DNA from: an uncultured delta proteobacterium
Lineage (GTDB): Bacteria; Desulfobacterota; Binatia; UBA9968
Length of the DNA: 64,000 nt
Assembly (NCBI GenBank): GCA_963745035.1
Contig: CAVUVW010000013.1
Coordinates: forward strand, 320,001-384,000
Direction: 5' to 3'
Made by a program: the position numbers and the translations under genes. The stretch's first letter is position 1; every line of letters starts with the position of its first letter. The notes below the pieces were generated by a model that saw nothing but the letters and a program-made list of their open reading frames with translations, was not told the origin of the DNA and did not search any database. Shown here piece after piece: positions 53,954-64,000 of the stretch.

Positions 53954-54763
53954 ATGGACGTAGTCAGAATTCCCTATCAGTTTTTGACTTCTCTTTGGCA
54001 TACTACCTGGGAACGCCATCTCTTCGATGATGTGAAAACTTATGTCCTGTTCATCGGCTATCCGCGCAGCGGTCATAGTTTGGTCGGCTTTTTGATGGAC
54101 GCTCATCCCAACGTCATCATCGCGAGCCAGACGAGCGCGCTCAGATATCTCAGACATGGATTCAGCCCGCGCCAGATGTTTTTTTGTATTCTGGAAAACT
54201 CCCGAAAAGTTGCGCGTATCGGCCGGGAGTGGAGGCGTTATTCCTACGCCGTGCCCAATCAGTGGCAGGGTCGCTTTGACAAGCTGCGGGTCATCGGCGA
54301 CTCCACCGGTCTCACGCGCGTGCACAGGAACCCCGACCTTCTAAAAGCGGCGCAGGAAAAGCTCAAAGGCGTCGATCTCAAGCTCATCCACGTGATCCGC
54401 AATCCGTACGACAACATCAGCACGATGAACCGCATCAGGCGCCAACCCTTGGCCGACACCATCGCAGCCTATTTTTCCATGTGCGAGATCGTCGAGCAAA
54501 TCAAGCGGCAAGTCGGGCCCGGCGTCGTGTATGATTTCAAACATGAAAGTTTGATTCGAAATCCGCAGGGCGCGCTCGAAGATCTCTGCGCGTTTTTCGG
54601 CCTAAGCGCCGAGCAACGCTACTACGAGGATTGCGCCAGCATCATCTTCAAATCGCCGCATAAAACCCGCATCGACACCGACTGGAGTCGGGAGGCGATC
54701 GCATCCGTGCGGCAACAAATGGACAGATTCGCTTTTCTCCGCGGATACACCTATGACGATTAG
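53954..54763 (+). CDS. Sulfotransferase family protein
   Basis: GYPRSGHS (5'-PSB) and HVIRNPYD (3'-PB). Confidence 0.82.
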   Translation: MDVVRIPYQFLTSLWHTTWERHLFDDVKTYVLFIGYPRSGHSLVGFLMDAHPNVIIASQTSALRYLRHGFSPRQMFFCILENSRKVARIGREWRRYSYAVPNQWQGRFDKLRVIGDSTGLTRVHRNPDLLKAAQEKLKGVDLKLIHVIRNPYDNISTMNRIRRQPLADTIAAYFSMCEIVEQIKRQVGPGVVYDFKHESLIRNPQGALEDLCAFFGLSAEQRYYEDCASIIFKSPHKTRIDTDWSREAIASVRQQMDRFAFLRGYTYDD

Positions 54764-54835
54764 CGCGCTTGCGGGCTTTGCCCGGCGAAGCCGATTGCGG
54801 TAGCTACGGTTTTTAATGCCGTTGGAGTTTTCGCC

Positions 54836-55579
54836 ATGCTGCTCAAAGACAAAATCGCCTTGGTCACCGGTTCGACCCACAACATCGGGCTTGCGACTGC
54901 GCGCGCCTTCGCGCGCGAAGGCGCCACGGTGGTCGTGCATTCGCGCCACCAAGACGACGCTAGGAAAATTGCCGGTGAAATCGGCGGCGATTTTTTCGCA
55001 GCCGACGTGGCCGAGCCGAAGCAGATCGCGGCGCTGTTCGAGCACGTCAAACAAAATCACGGCCGGCTCGATATTCTGGTGAACAGCGTGGCGCACTCCT
55101 CCAAGGCCGACGTCCTCGACGTCAGCCTCGAAGAGTGGAGTCGCATCCTGGCCGTGAATCTCACCGGCTATTTTTTGTGCCTGCAGCACGCCGGGAGAAT
55201 GATGAAAGAGCACGGCGGCGGCGCCATCATCAATATTTCCGCCGGCTCCGGCGAGCGCTCGAGTCCGGGCGGCGCGGCTTACTCGGTCTCCAAGGGCGCG
55301 ATCAACTCATTGACCCGGCAAGCAGCGGCCGATCTGGCGCCGACGGTGCGCGTCAACGGCATCATTTCCGGACTGGTCGGCACGCCGATTGGGCAAAAAG
55401 ACATGGGCCAGAGAAAACCGGAATACGATATCATCCCACTGCGCCGCATTGGCCGGCCCGAAGACGTCGCCGAGGCAGCGGTGTTCCTGGCTTCGGCCAA
55501 AGCGAGCTATATCACGAATACGATCCTGCCGGTCGACGGCGGACGCTTGAACGCCATGGGCAGCGGCGCTTCCCGATGA
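54836..55579 (+). CDS. SDR family oxidoreductase
   Basis: TGSTHNIG, YSVSK, VDGG. Confidence 0.9.
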   Translation: MLLKDKIALVTGSTHNIGLATARAFAREGATVVVHSRHQDDARKIAGEIGGDFFAADVAEPKQIAALFEHVKQNHGRLDILVNSVAHSSKADVLDVSLEEWSRILAVNLTGYFLCLQHAGRMMKEHGGGAIINISAGSGERSSPGGAAYSVSKGAINSLTRQAAADLAPTVRVNGIISGLVGTPIGQKDMGQRKPEYDIIPLRRIGRPEDVAEAAVFLASAKASYITNTILPVDGGRLNAMGSGASR

Positions 55580-55764
55580 GCGCATTTTGCTAGCGTTTTG
55601 CCGCGTGAGCCGATCTTGGGCTCAACCAATGCCTCGGGGATCCATGAAAACGCCCATGCCGGCGGTTCTCCTCGTGCTATCGTTGAGCACCGCCCGGGCC
55701 TTTTGCGCGTCTAAAATGCTAATCACAATTCACGGATCGTCCGTTGATCATCTGAGGTAAACCA

Positions 55765-56037
55765 ATGAAAACGGCAAAGCTTCACTCGCTGGCATTCGCT
55801 TTCGCATCATTCGCATTGACCAGCTGCACGAGCCAAACCGTAACCATGATTCAGCCGCAGACCGGCGCCACGGCCGAATGCAGCGGTTCGAGTTACGGCT
55901 TCGGTCCGCTGTTCAGCGAAAGTGTCGTCGATAGCTGCGCCCGCGTCTACGAAAGCCGCAGCTACGTGCCGGTGCAGCGTTTGACGGCGGAAGAGCGCGC
56001 GCGTTTGCAAGAACGCGGGCTGCTGCCGAAGGATTAG
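55765..56037 (+). CDS. Small lipoprotein (90 aa)
   Basis: GAGG RBS, lipobox LTSC, Cys pair. Confidence 0.7.
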   Translation: MKTAKLHSLAFAFASFALTSCTSQTVTMIQPQTGATAECSGSSYGFGPLFSESVVDSCARVYESRSYVPVQRLTAEERARLQERGLLPKD

Positions 56038-56043
56038 AAAAAA

Positions 56044-57056
56044 TTACCCACCGAGGGAGATCATCTCAATCTTGCGGTGGCTTTTGGGATCGTAGCTTGA
56101 CGATTTGAGGGCTTCCAAGCGCTCCATCGAGTAGCGATCGGTGCGCCCGCGCCAGAGATTGCCGAGAAATTCGGCGATCTCCGCGTCCGACGCGCCGGCG
56201 CGCAGGCGCGCTTTCACGTCATGTCCCAGCTTGCGAAAATAGGCAGGTTACGATTTTGCCATCGGCAGTGAGCCGGATGCGGGTGCAGCTCGAGCAAAAC
56301 GGCTCGGTCACCGAAGCGATGACGCCGATATCGCCGCGGCCGTCGACGAACTCATAATCGACCGACGGCGCGCTGCCCTGATGGCGGCCGACTTCCCGCA
56401 GCGGGTAGCGCGCGTGAATCGTTTCGATGATCTCTTTTTTGGACACCAGTTTCTTCGAGGTCCAATTATTCGAATTGCCGACGTCCATGTATTCGATGAA
56501 GCGCATGCCGAAGCCATGCGCGCGCGAAAAATCGACGAGCGGCAGGATATCGTCGTCGTTGACGCCCCGTTCGACGACCGCGTTGAGTTTGATCGGCGCA
56601 AGTCCGCTCCGTTGGGCGGCAAAAATCCCCTCCAGGACCTTGGTCAGATCGCCGCGCTTGGTCATGCGCTTGAACTTATCGGCATCAAGAGTATCGACGC
56701 TGATATTGATCCGGCGCAGGCCGGCTTGGCGCAGCGCGCCGATGCGTTCGGCGAGCAGCGCGCCGTTGGTGGTGAGACAGAGGTCTTGCAGCCCGGCGAT
56801 CACCGAGAGCTTTTCGATGAGCCGCGGCAAATCCTGGCGCACCAACGGCTCGCCGCCGGTCAGGCGAATTTTCTCGACCCCCAAGCCCACGAATAAGCCG
56901 AGCTAAACGGGCGATTTCCTCGAAGGTGAGAATTTCCTTCTTGTCGATCCACTCGTACTCGTCCAGCGGCATGCAATAACTGCAGCGGAAGTTGCACCGG
57001 TCGGTCACCGAGATGCGCAGATCCTTGAGCGCTCGATTATAGGAATCGCGAAGCAT
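56044..57056 (-). CDS. moaA: GTP 3',8-cyclase, frameshifts near 56890 and 56225
   Basis: [30 protein letters not shown]...CLF, C-terminal MISLGG. Confidence 0.93.
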
Positions 57057-57159
57057 GAATCTTCAATATGCAATAAAGGGGTAGGGGGCGCAAGTTGGCC
57101 CGTGCCGCGCAAAAACCAAACTATGCCGCTTTCCGGCGATCTGCTATCCTAGCCGGCGC

Positions 57160-58690
57160 ATGAGTTTGCGCCAGCAACAAGCGGCGGTCTTTTGCGCGAC
57201 CGTGGCGGTGATTTTCGGCCTGCTCGGCGCAGGCATATGGCTGATCGCCCAGCGGCTCACCACCGAAGCGACCCTGCAAACCGCGTTGTTGATGGCGCGC
57301 CAGGTGGAGATCGCCCTGGCGGACAGCTTGCGCGAGCGCTCGATCGTCGTGCAACCGCGGCAGAGCCAAAGATCCTCTTCATCGTTTTGGGACTTTCTCG
57401 GCAATCTGCTGCCCGGGCAAAGCTCCAGCAGGCCGACCGGCGGCGCGCGGCGCTACACGCCGCCGCGCCACGCCGAAGTCAAAGGTCTGATGCAGGCATT
57501 CCTCGATCGCAGCGCGAGCATCGAAGCCATGTGGGTCGTCAATGCCGAGGGCAAGCTGCTCTACGGCTCCCTTGACGGCGATAAAACTCCGGCCGACGAA
57601 GCGATCCTGGAAAAACTCCGGCGCGGCGAGACCATCGTCAACTCGCGGCGCCAGGGGGATCTCGACCACTACGACGTCTGGGTGCCGCTGCAAATGCCCG
57701 CCGGGGTGCGCAGCCCAGGCGGTTTGCGGCTTTGGCTCAATCCCGCCGACTGGACCGGGCTCTTGTCCGGACTCTGGCGCCAGTTCATTTTGCTTTTTGT
57801 TCTGGGCGGCGTCGTCGCTCTGCTCAGCGCGTTTTTGACCACCGCGCTCTACACTCGGCGGTTTCGTTTGATCAGCGACACCCTGCGCCAGGCCGAAACC
57901 GGCACCTACGCGGCCCGGCCGCGCTACGCCGGCCATGACGAAGTCGGCGCCAGCCTGGATTTGATCGACCGGTTGGTCATGCGCCAGCGTCGGAGCGTCG
58001 GCGCGCCCGCGCCGGTGCAGCGGCTGGCGATCGCCGCGCGGACGCTCGCGCACGAGGTGAAAACGCCGCTCAACGCCCTGGCGATCCATCTCGAAGTGCT
58101 GCGCGACCGGCTCGGGGCGGCGAGCGACGGCGAGCAAGCGCAGCGCTCGCTCTCGGCCGTCGATTCGAGCGTGCGCCAGGTCGATCGCCTGGTGCGCGAT
58201 TTCACCGACTACTCGGCGCCGGTGACCATGGAGCGCCAGTCGATCGACTTGGCCGAGGTGCTCGAACACGAGCCTCGAAGCGGTCAGCTCGACGTGTGCG
58301 ATGAAGAAGATTTCTTTGGCCAAAGAGCTCGCGCCCAAGCCCTGGCCCGTGCTTGGCGACGCCTCGCGGCTGCGCCAGAGTTTTGATAACTTGCTGCGCA
58401 ACGCCATGGAAGCCCAGCCCGACGGCGGCGAGATCGTCGTGAGCGCGAACAAAAACGGTCAGGAACTGATCGTCGACATCAGCGATGCCGGACCCGGGGT
58501 GCCGCCGGACCGGCGCGCGGAATTATTCGAATTCGGCAAGACTACCAAACCCGGCGGTAGCGGCATCGGTCTGCCACTGAGCCAGTTGATCGTCGAGTCG
58601 CACGGCGGCTCTTTGATTTACCGGGACCGCAACGACGCGACCGGCGGCGCCACGTTTCGCGTGACCCTACCCCTGGAGGCGGCGCAATAA
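57160..58690 (+). CDS. Membrane sensor histidine kinase, frameshift near 58265
   Basis: Two TMs, AHEVKTPL H-box, then NLLRNA, DAGPG, GSGIGL in the next frame. Confidence 0.9.
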
Positions 58691-60047
58691 TGGCGCGCTC
58701 CCGACCAACCGTGCTCGTGGTCGACGACGACGACGCCACGCGCGACGGTCTCATCACGCTGCTGGAAAGTTGGGGCTATACGGCAAGCGCGGCCGCGGAC
58801 GGCAAAGACGCGCTCAAGCATTGCGAGGAGGCGCTGCCTCACGCCATCGTCACCGACCTGATGATGCCGGGGATGAACGGCCTGGAGTTCGTCGGCGCGC
58901 TCGGCGAGCGCGCGCAGGAGATCGCGATCATCTTCGTGACCGGCCAGGCGACCATCGATACGGCCGTGCAGGCGATCAAGCTCGGCGCCTACGATTATCT
59001 GCCCAAGCCGCTTGAGCCGCACGCGCTTTCGCGATGTGCTCGAAAAGGGGCTGAAGCAGATCGCCCTGGCGCGCGAGGCGGGCGCGCTGCGCCAACGGCT
59101 CGAGTCGCCGCTAGGGTCCTACGGCGCCTTGATCGGCAAGTCCGCGCCCATGCGCCGACTCTACCAGCAGATCGGCCAGATCGCCGCGACCGACGCGGCA
59201 GTGTTGGTCAGCGGTGAGAGCGGCACGGGCAAGGAGCTGGTGGCGCGCACCCTGCACGACTTGTCGCCGCGCCGCGAGGGGGAATTTTTGGCGCTCAATT
59301 GCGCGGCGATCTCGCCGACTTTGATGGAGAGCGAGCTCTTCGGCCATGAGAAGGGCGCCTTCACCAGCGCCGTCGACCGTCATCTCGGCTGCTTCGAGCA
59401 AGCCGACGGCGGCACGCTCTTCCTCGACGAGATCACCGAGATGGCGCTCGAAATTCAGCCTAAGTTTTTGCGCGTGCTCGAAGAAAACCAGATCCGCCGC
59501 ATCGGCGGCAGCAAGAGCATCGCCGTCTCGGTGCGGCTGGTCGCCGCCACCAACCGCCAGCCGCCCGCTGCGGTGAAAGAAGGAAAGCTCCGCCAGGATC
59601 TGTTTCTATCGCCTGAACGTCTTTCATCTCGAGCTGCCCTCCCTGCGCGAGCGCGGCGAGGACATCCCGCTGCTCGCCGGCTATTTCCTCGAGTCCTTCG
59701 CGGCCAAATACCAACGCCCGGTTCTCCCTTGGGCCGGCGATTTCGCGCCGGCGCTGCTCGCGCATAGCTGGCCGGGCAACGTTCGCGAATTGCGCAACGC
59801 CATGGAGCGCCTCACGGTGCTGACGGCGGGAGCGGATTTGAGCGCCGCCGATTTTCGCCAATATTGCCTGACCGCGGTGGTCGACGAGCCGACCGACCGC
59901 GCGCCGATATCGCTGGCCGAAGCCGAGCGTCAAGCCATCGAGCGCGCGCTCACCGCCACCGGCGGCAACAAGACCCACGCGGCGCAGATTCTCGGCATCA
60001 CCCCGAAAACGCTCAACGCCAAACTCGCCCTGTATTCCAAAGAGTAG
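58690..60047 (+). CDS. Sigma-54-dependent (NtrC-family) response regulator, frameshifts near 59020 and 59603
   Basis: REC domain (DLMMP), [31 protein letters not shown], Fis-type HTH. Confidence 0.92.
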
Positions 60048-60144
60048 TTTTTTCCGCCGTTTGGAATTTTTTCCTCGCCGCAGGCGCCGGCGCCGTGGAA
60101 ACTCCGGGCGATTGTCACGGAAGTTTGGTGGCATGGCCGTTGCT
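60044..60144 (+). promoter_or_regulatory. Sigma-54 promoter with tandem upstream boxes
   Basis: TGGCAT-GGCCG-TTGCT at 60129-60144; boxes GTAGTTTTTTCC (60044) and GGAATTTTTTCC (60063). Confidence 0.75.
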
Positions 60145-60201
60145 CGATTCAAAAAACGGCCGGCCAATCGTCTAACTCAACGCCGACGCGAGGAGCGAAC
60201 G

Positions 60202-60882
60202 ATGAAAAATCCGACAAAACTGCTTGCGCCTTTCGCCGCCATCATCGTCTTCAGCGCCGCGGTGAACGCGGCTTCATTTCGAGAACATCCGGACGACCGG
60301 GAACCTTCCACGGCGCGGCGCCCGTATGCGGCCGGCCGCGCCGAGCAGCAGCTGTCGCGCGTCCGCGCGGTGATGCTGCCGCTCTTACGCGTAACCAATC
60401 ACCGGATATCGGCGGAGGAGATCGAGGTATCGATCGTCGACGATCCGGCGATCAACGCAGCCACCGCCGGCGCCGGGCGCTACTTCGTCACTACCGGTCT
60501 GTTGAAGCGCGCCACCGACGATCAATTGCGCGGCGTCTTGGCCCATGAAATCGCCCACGAGGACCTCGGCCACCCGGCAAAAGCCCAGGTAATCGGCACA
60601 GGATTGAGTATCGGCGCCGCGTTGCTGGAACAGTTAATTCCAGGCAGCGGTGCGCTTGCGCCGATTGCCGGCACGCTGATCAGCAACAATTACACCCGCC
60701 CGCTGGAGCTCGAAGCCGATCGCCATGCGGTGGCGCTGCTCGAGCGCGCGGGTTACTCCAGGCGCACGATGGTCGACACTCTCGCTTGGCTGATGCGCCG
60801 CAACGGCGACAGCGGCGGCGGCGTCCTGTCGAGCCATCCGGCAACCTCCGAGCGCATTCAAGCCCTACAGTCGCTCCGCTAG
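60202..60882 (+). CDS. Secreted M48 family metallopeptidase (BepA/LoiP-like)
   Basis: AGGAG RBS, signal peptide, INAA, AHEIAH, ELEAD, SHP...RI. Confidence 0.9.
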   Translation: MKNPTKLLAPFAAIIVFSAAVNAASFREHPDDREPSTARRPYAAGRAEQQLSRVRAVMLPLLRVTNHRISAEEIEVSIVDDPAINAATAGAGRYFVTTGLLKRATDDQLRGVLAHEIAHEDLGHPAKAQVIGTGLSIGAALLEQLIPGSGALAPIAGTLISNNYTRPLELEADRHAVALLERAGYSRRTMVDTLAWLMRRNGDSGGGVLSSHPATSERIQALQSLR

Positions 60883-60968
60883 GCCTATTCAAGCTTTTAC
60901 CGTCACTGGCAAATAGTGACGGGCCATCGAGCAGCATAAAGCTCTCTCAAAGAGCCGACTGCCACCGT

Positions 60969-61071
60969 GTAATTTCTCCCACGAGGGGACATTTTTACCC
61001 GCGCGAAAAATCCGTCGGCCGTACGTAAGTCATTAAAATCATATCTCTTTTTAGCTGGCACCGGCGTTGCT
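60969..61071 (+). promoter_or_regulatory. Sigma-54 promoter with tandem upstream boxes and IHF-like site
   Basis: TGGCAC-CGGCG-TTGCT at 61056-61071; boxes at 60969 and 60988; AT-rich TAAGTCATTAAAAT at 61026. Confidence 0.8.
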
Positions 61072-61101
61072 CTATATCGCACCAGGAAAGAGGGAATCAT
61101 T

Positions 61102-61275
61102 ATGAAGAAAATACCTGTCAACACGAGCAAGACTCCCGCGGCAACAGCCAATTTCGCGGCAATCCTGGGGATCGCCGCGGAGATGGTCCGACGCTTGAAC
61201 GCGAATATTTCCAAGGTTCAACTGCAGCCGATGCACAGCGCATTGCTGGCGGCCAAGGAATCGGCGCAGAACTAG
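61102..61275 (+). CDS. Putative 57-aa small protein
   Basis: GAGGG RBS directly after the sigma-54 promoter; MKKIPVNTSKTPAATANFAAILGIAAEMVRRLN...; below the ORF-track cutoff. Confidence 0.5.
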   Translation: MKKIPVNTSKTPAATANFAAILGIAAEMVRRLNANISKVQLQPMHSALLAAKESAQN

Positions 61276-61305
61276 AAAGCGTGACGCCGACAACCGGAGA
61301 AAACG

Positions 61306-61596
61306 ATGAGACCGGCGCATGCACTCACGGTCGTAACTTTGGCGGTGCTCCTTAGCGCTTTCGCCGGCCCGGGTTTCGGCGCCGCAGCCGGAAATGGCGC
61401 TGGCGAACGGAGAAAAGCCGCCGAACATGCGCGCGAGCGCGGGCGGCACAATGCCAATACGCAGTGGTCGGCGGATCCCGATCGCGGTTGGGTGCGCGCC
61501 GAGGATCGGCAGCGGCGTGAAAGAGGCGATTCTCCTGAACGAGGCAAACACAAGAACGGCCATCCGAAAGGCAAGGGAAAATCGCGAAAGTCCTAG
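61306..61596 (+). CDS. Small secreted, basic, probably disordered protein (96 aa)
   Basis: GGAG RBS, signal peptide, NTQWSADPDRGWVRA motif, Lys/Gly-rich tail. Confidence 0.65.
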   Translation: MRPAHALTVVTLAVLLSAFAGPGFGAAAGNGAGERRKAAEHARERGRHNANTQWSADPDRGWVRAEDRQRRERGDSPERGKHKNGHPKGKGKSRKS

Positions 61597-61618
61597 GTAC
61601 CAACGAAGAGGAGGAGAC

Positions 61619-61972
61619 ATGTCAAGCCTGGCAAAACGTATGAAAGCGACTGGAGTAATAGTGATCGCGGCCACCCTCGTGCTAGCCGGCTGCGCCGGCG
61701 GGCCGCTCAGCACCCGCGAAAAAGGCGCCGGCATCGGTGCGCTCGGCGGCGCCGCGGCTGGCGGGATCATCGGCTCGGCGGTGGGCAGTCCGGGCGCCGG
61801 CGCGGCGATCGGCGGCGCTCTGGGTTTGGGCGCCGGCGCGTTGGTTGGCGATCAGTTGCAAGGCCACGAGAATACCAACTACCAGCAACAGCAACAGATC
61901 AACCGTAATCAGGCGGAAATCGACCGCAACCGCCAGCAGATTCAACGCCTGCAGCGGCAAAAGGAATACTAA
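61619..61972 (+). CDS. Glycine-zipper lipoprotein
   Basis: GAGGAG RBS, lipobox LAGC, GAGIGALGGAAAGGIIG..., Gln-rich coiled coil. Confidence 0.88.
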   Translation: MSSLAKRMKATGVIVIAATLVLAGCAGGPLSTREKGAGIGALGGAAAGGIIGSAVGSPGAGAAIGGALGLGAGALVGDQLQGHENTNYQQQQQINRNQAEIDRNRQQIQRLQRQKEY

Positions 61973-62050
61973 CCTCTGCGACCGGCACGCCCCTCAGGAA
62001 CCCTGCCCGACAAGCCACTCTCTGACGCTGCGTTCTTCATGATCACCCTC

Positions 62051-62094
62051 CCCGCTCGGCGGAGTGCACCCCGCTCCGCCGAGCGGCTCTTTCA
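62051..62094 (+). terminator. GC-rich hairpin, possible terminator
   Basis: CCGCTCGGCGGAG-loop-CTCCGCCGAGCGG followed by CTCTTT. Confidence 0.5.
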
Positions 62095-62259
62095 GAATAA
62101 ACTTTTCCGCCTGAAACACTTGAGCATCCGACTGCAAGAGCAAGCGTTTCCATCGGCGCAATGTTGTGAATACGCGTGCGATTGTTGACACCGGCGCAGC
62201 CCTCCGATTAAGCTCCGGCCAGCGAAAAAATTCCGACGAAGATCTGAAGGAGGACTGCC

Positions 62260-63265
62260 ATGAACACGATCGATGCCGACGGCCACATTGTCGAAAAAGA
62301 TACTGATATACGAAAACGCTTGCCCGAGCCTTACTCAAAACGCACCGGCGGACTGCTGCCGTCCGATGGCATGGACACCAACATGGGCGGCGCGCTCGGC
62401 GGACTGGAAAAAAACGATCTGCCGACCCGGCTCCGCGATATGGACACCGAGGGCATCGACGTTTCGGTGCTGTTTCCGACCAGCAGTTTTTCCGTGAATA
62501 GCATGGTCGAGCGCGACTACGCTGTCGCCTACGCGCGCGCCTACAACGATTTTATCGCCGAGGTGTGCAGCCAGACCCCGCGTCTTAAGGCCGTCGCGCT
62601 GGTGCCGCTGCAAGATCCGCAAGCGGCGGTGGCGGAAGCCAACCGCGCCGTCACCAAGCTCGGCCTATCTTCGATCGCCGTGGCCACTCAGGGCATGAAG
62701 GAGCATCTCGGTGCGCAAACTTTCTGGCCGCTTTATGAAGAGCTCGAGCGCCTCAACGTGCCGTTTTGCGTCCACAACCGGCGCGAGGGCCCGGCGGGCG
62801 AGATCCGCTTCGACAGTTTTATTTTCATGCATACCATCGGCCGGCCGGTGGAGACGTTCATTCAGTTCGCCGGGCTTGATGTACGGCGGCGTCGCCGAGC
62901 GCTTTCCCAAACTGCGCATCGCCTTTCTCGAATGCGGCGTCGGTTGGGTGCCATATTGGATGGAACGCATGGATGAAGAGTGGGAAAAGCGCGGCAAGGT
63001 CGAAACGCCCCTTTGCAAAAACAAACCGAGCGAATACGTCAAGCACGGCAACTGGTTTTTCGCCATGGAGCCGGAAGAAGAGACTTTGCCCTACGTCGCC
63101 GAACGGATCGGCGACGACAAGATTATCTTTGCCTCCGACTATCCGCATTGGGACGGCATCTTTCCTCATGTGGTCTCGACGATCCGCGGGCGCAAAGATA
63201 TTTCCGAGTCGACCAAGAAAAAAGTTCTGGGCGAGAACGCCAAGCGGTTTTACGGCTGGCAATAG
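62260..63265 (+). CDS. Amidohydrolase_2 family protein, frameshift near 62870
   Basis: DADGH, DMDTEGIDVSVLFPT, FLECGVGW, FASDYPHWD. Confidence 0.9.
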
Positions 63266-63266
63266 C

Positions 63267-64000
63267 ATGCCGTCGCGCTGGATCGCCTGCCTGCTGCTGG
63301 CGCTCAGCGCCGTCCCGTGGGCGGCTCGCGCTGAAAGCGCGGACGCCCCGCCGGCGCGCAAGGTGCGCATGGCGTTCACCTCGCTCTCGTCGGTGATGTG
63401 CCCGCCGTGGATCGCCCGCGAAGCCGGTATTTTCACCAAGCACGGCTTGGACGTGGAGGTGATCGCGACCCCGACCGGCGTCGAGGGGATGAACGCGCTC
63501 ATCGCCGGCGAAGTGCAGTTTTTGCAGATTTCCGGCGGCACCACGGCAAGCGCCGCGCTCGGCGGGGCCGATGTCATCGTCGTTGGCACCACGCTCGATT
63601 CCCTGGTGCAAAGTTTGATGGTGCGGCCGGAGATCGACAAAGCCGAGCAACTCAAGGGCAAGGCGCTCGGCATTACGCGATTCGGCACCTCGATCGACGT
63701 CGGCGCTCGTCTGGCCCTGCGTCATTTCGGCCTGGTGCCGGAAAAAGATGTCGCCATCGTTCAAGTCGGCGGCATGGAATCGATGGTCACGGCTCTGCAA
63801 ACCAACCGCATTCAAGCCGGCATTCTTTCTTATCCGGCAATCACGCAAGCTCTCAAGCTCGGCAACCGCGTGCTGCTCGACGTGGCCTCGCTCGGCGTTC
63901 CCTATGCTTTCACCGGCATGACCACGCGCGGGCGGTTGATTCGCGAGGACGCCGATCTGGTGCGCCGCTACATGATGGCGCAAACCGAAGCCATCGCCCG
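63267..64000 (+). CDS. NitT/TauT family ABC substrate-binding protein (runs off window)
   Basis: Manual translation: signal peptide, PWIAREAGIFTKHGLDVE, LKGKALGITRFGTS. Confidence 0.85.
   Translation, partial: MPSRWIACLLLALSAVPWAARAESADAPPARKVRMAFTSLSSVMCPPWIAREAGIFTKHGLDVEVIATPTGVEGMNALIAGEVQFLQISGGTTASAALGGADVIVVGTTLDSLVQSLMVRPEIDKAEQLKGKALGITRFGTSIDVGARLALRHFGLVPEKDVAIVQVGGMESMVTALQTNRIQAGILSYPAITQALKLGNRVLLDVASLGVPYAFTGMTTRGRLIREDADLVRRYMMAQTEAIA

Noticed and set aside
61861-61960. CAG/CAA-rich run
   Set aside because: It encodes the Gln-rich coiled coil of the lipoprotein and is not an independent repeat element.

Overview
GC-rich bacterial chromosome segment. Gene content and order suggest a Deltaproteobacteria-like soil lineage such as Binatota (inference, not demonstrated): pilMNOPQ-aroCKBQ, priA-def-fmt-rsmB-rpe, orphan NitT/TauT transporter parts, amidohydrolase, B12 radical SAM. 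About a dozen single-base frameshifts in ordinary genes look like long-read indel errors. Most of the window is housekeeping. Three regions stand out. (1) 9.9-16.8 kb: an envelope operon with two secreted proteins built from a ~24-aa DxNGDGxxD beta-hairpin repeat, a TonB/TolA-like protein and an ExbB/TolQ + ExbD/TolR motor, next to a secreted VWA protein. It has no TonB-dependent receptor and no TolB/Pal, and is the best candidate for an undescribed system. (2) 31.6-41.2 kb: a decayed island at the 3' end of tRNA-Pro(CGG), with an integrase relic, OmpA, phospholipase D, a USP-like/heme-less bacterioferritin fusion, duplicated regulatory DNA and unannotated microproteins. (3) 57.2-62.0 kb: a sigma-54 two-component system followed by two -24/-12 promoters that share a tandem upstream box with identical 19-bp spacing and drive an M48 protease and small secreted proteins.
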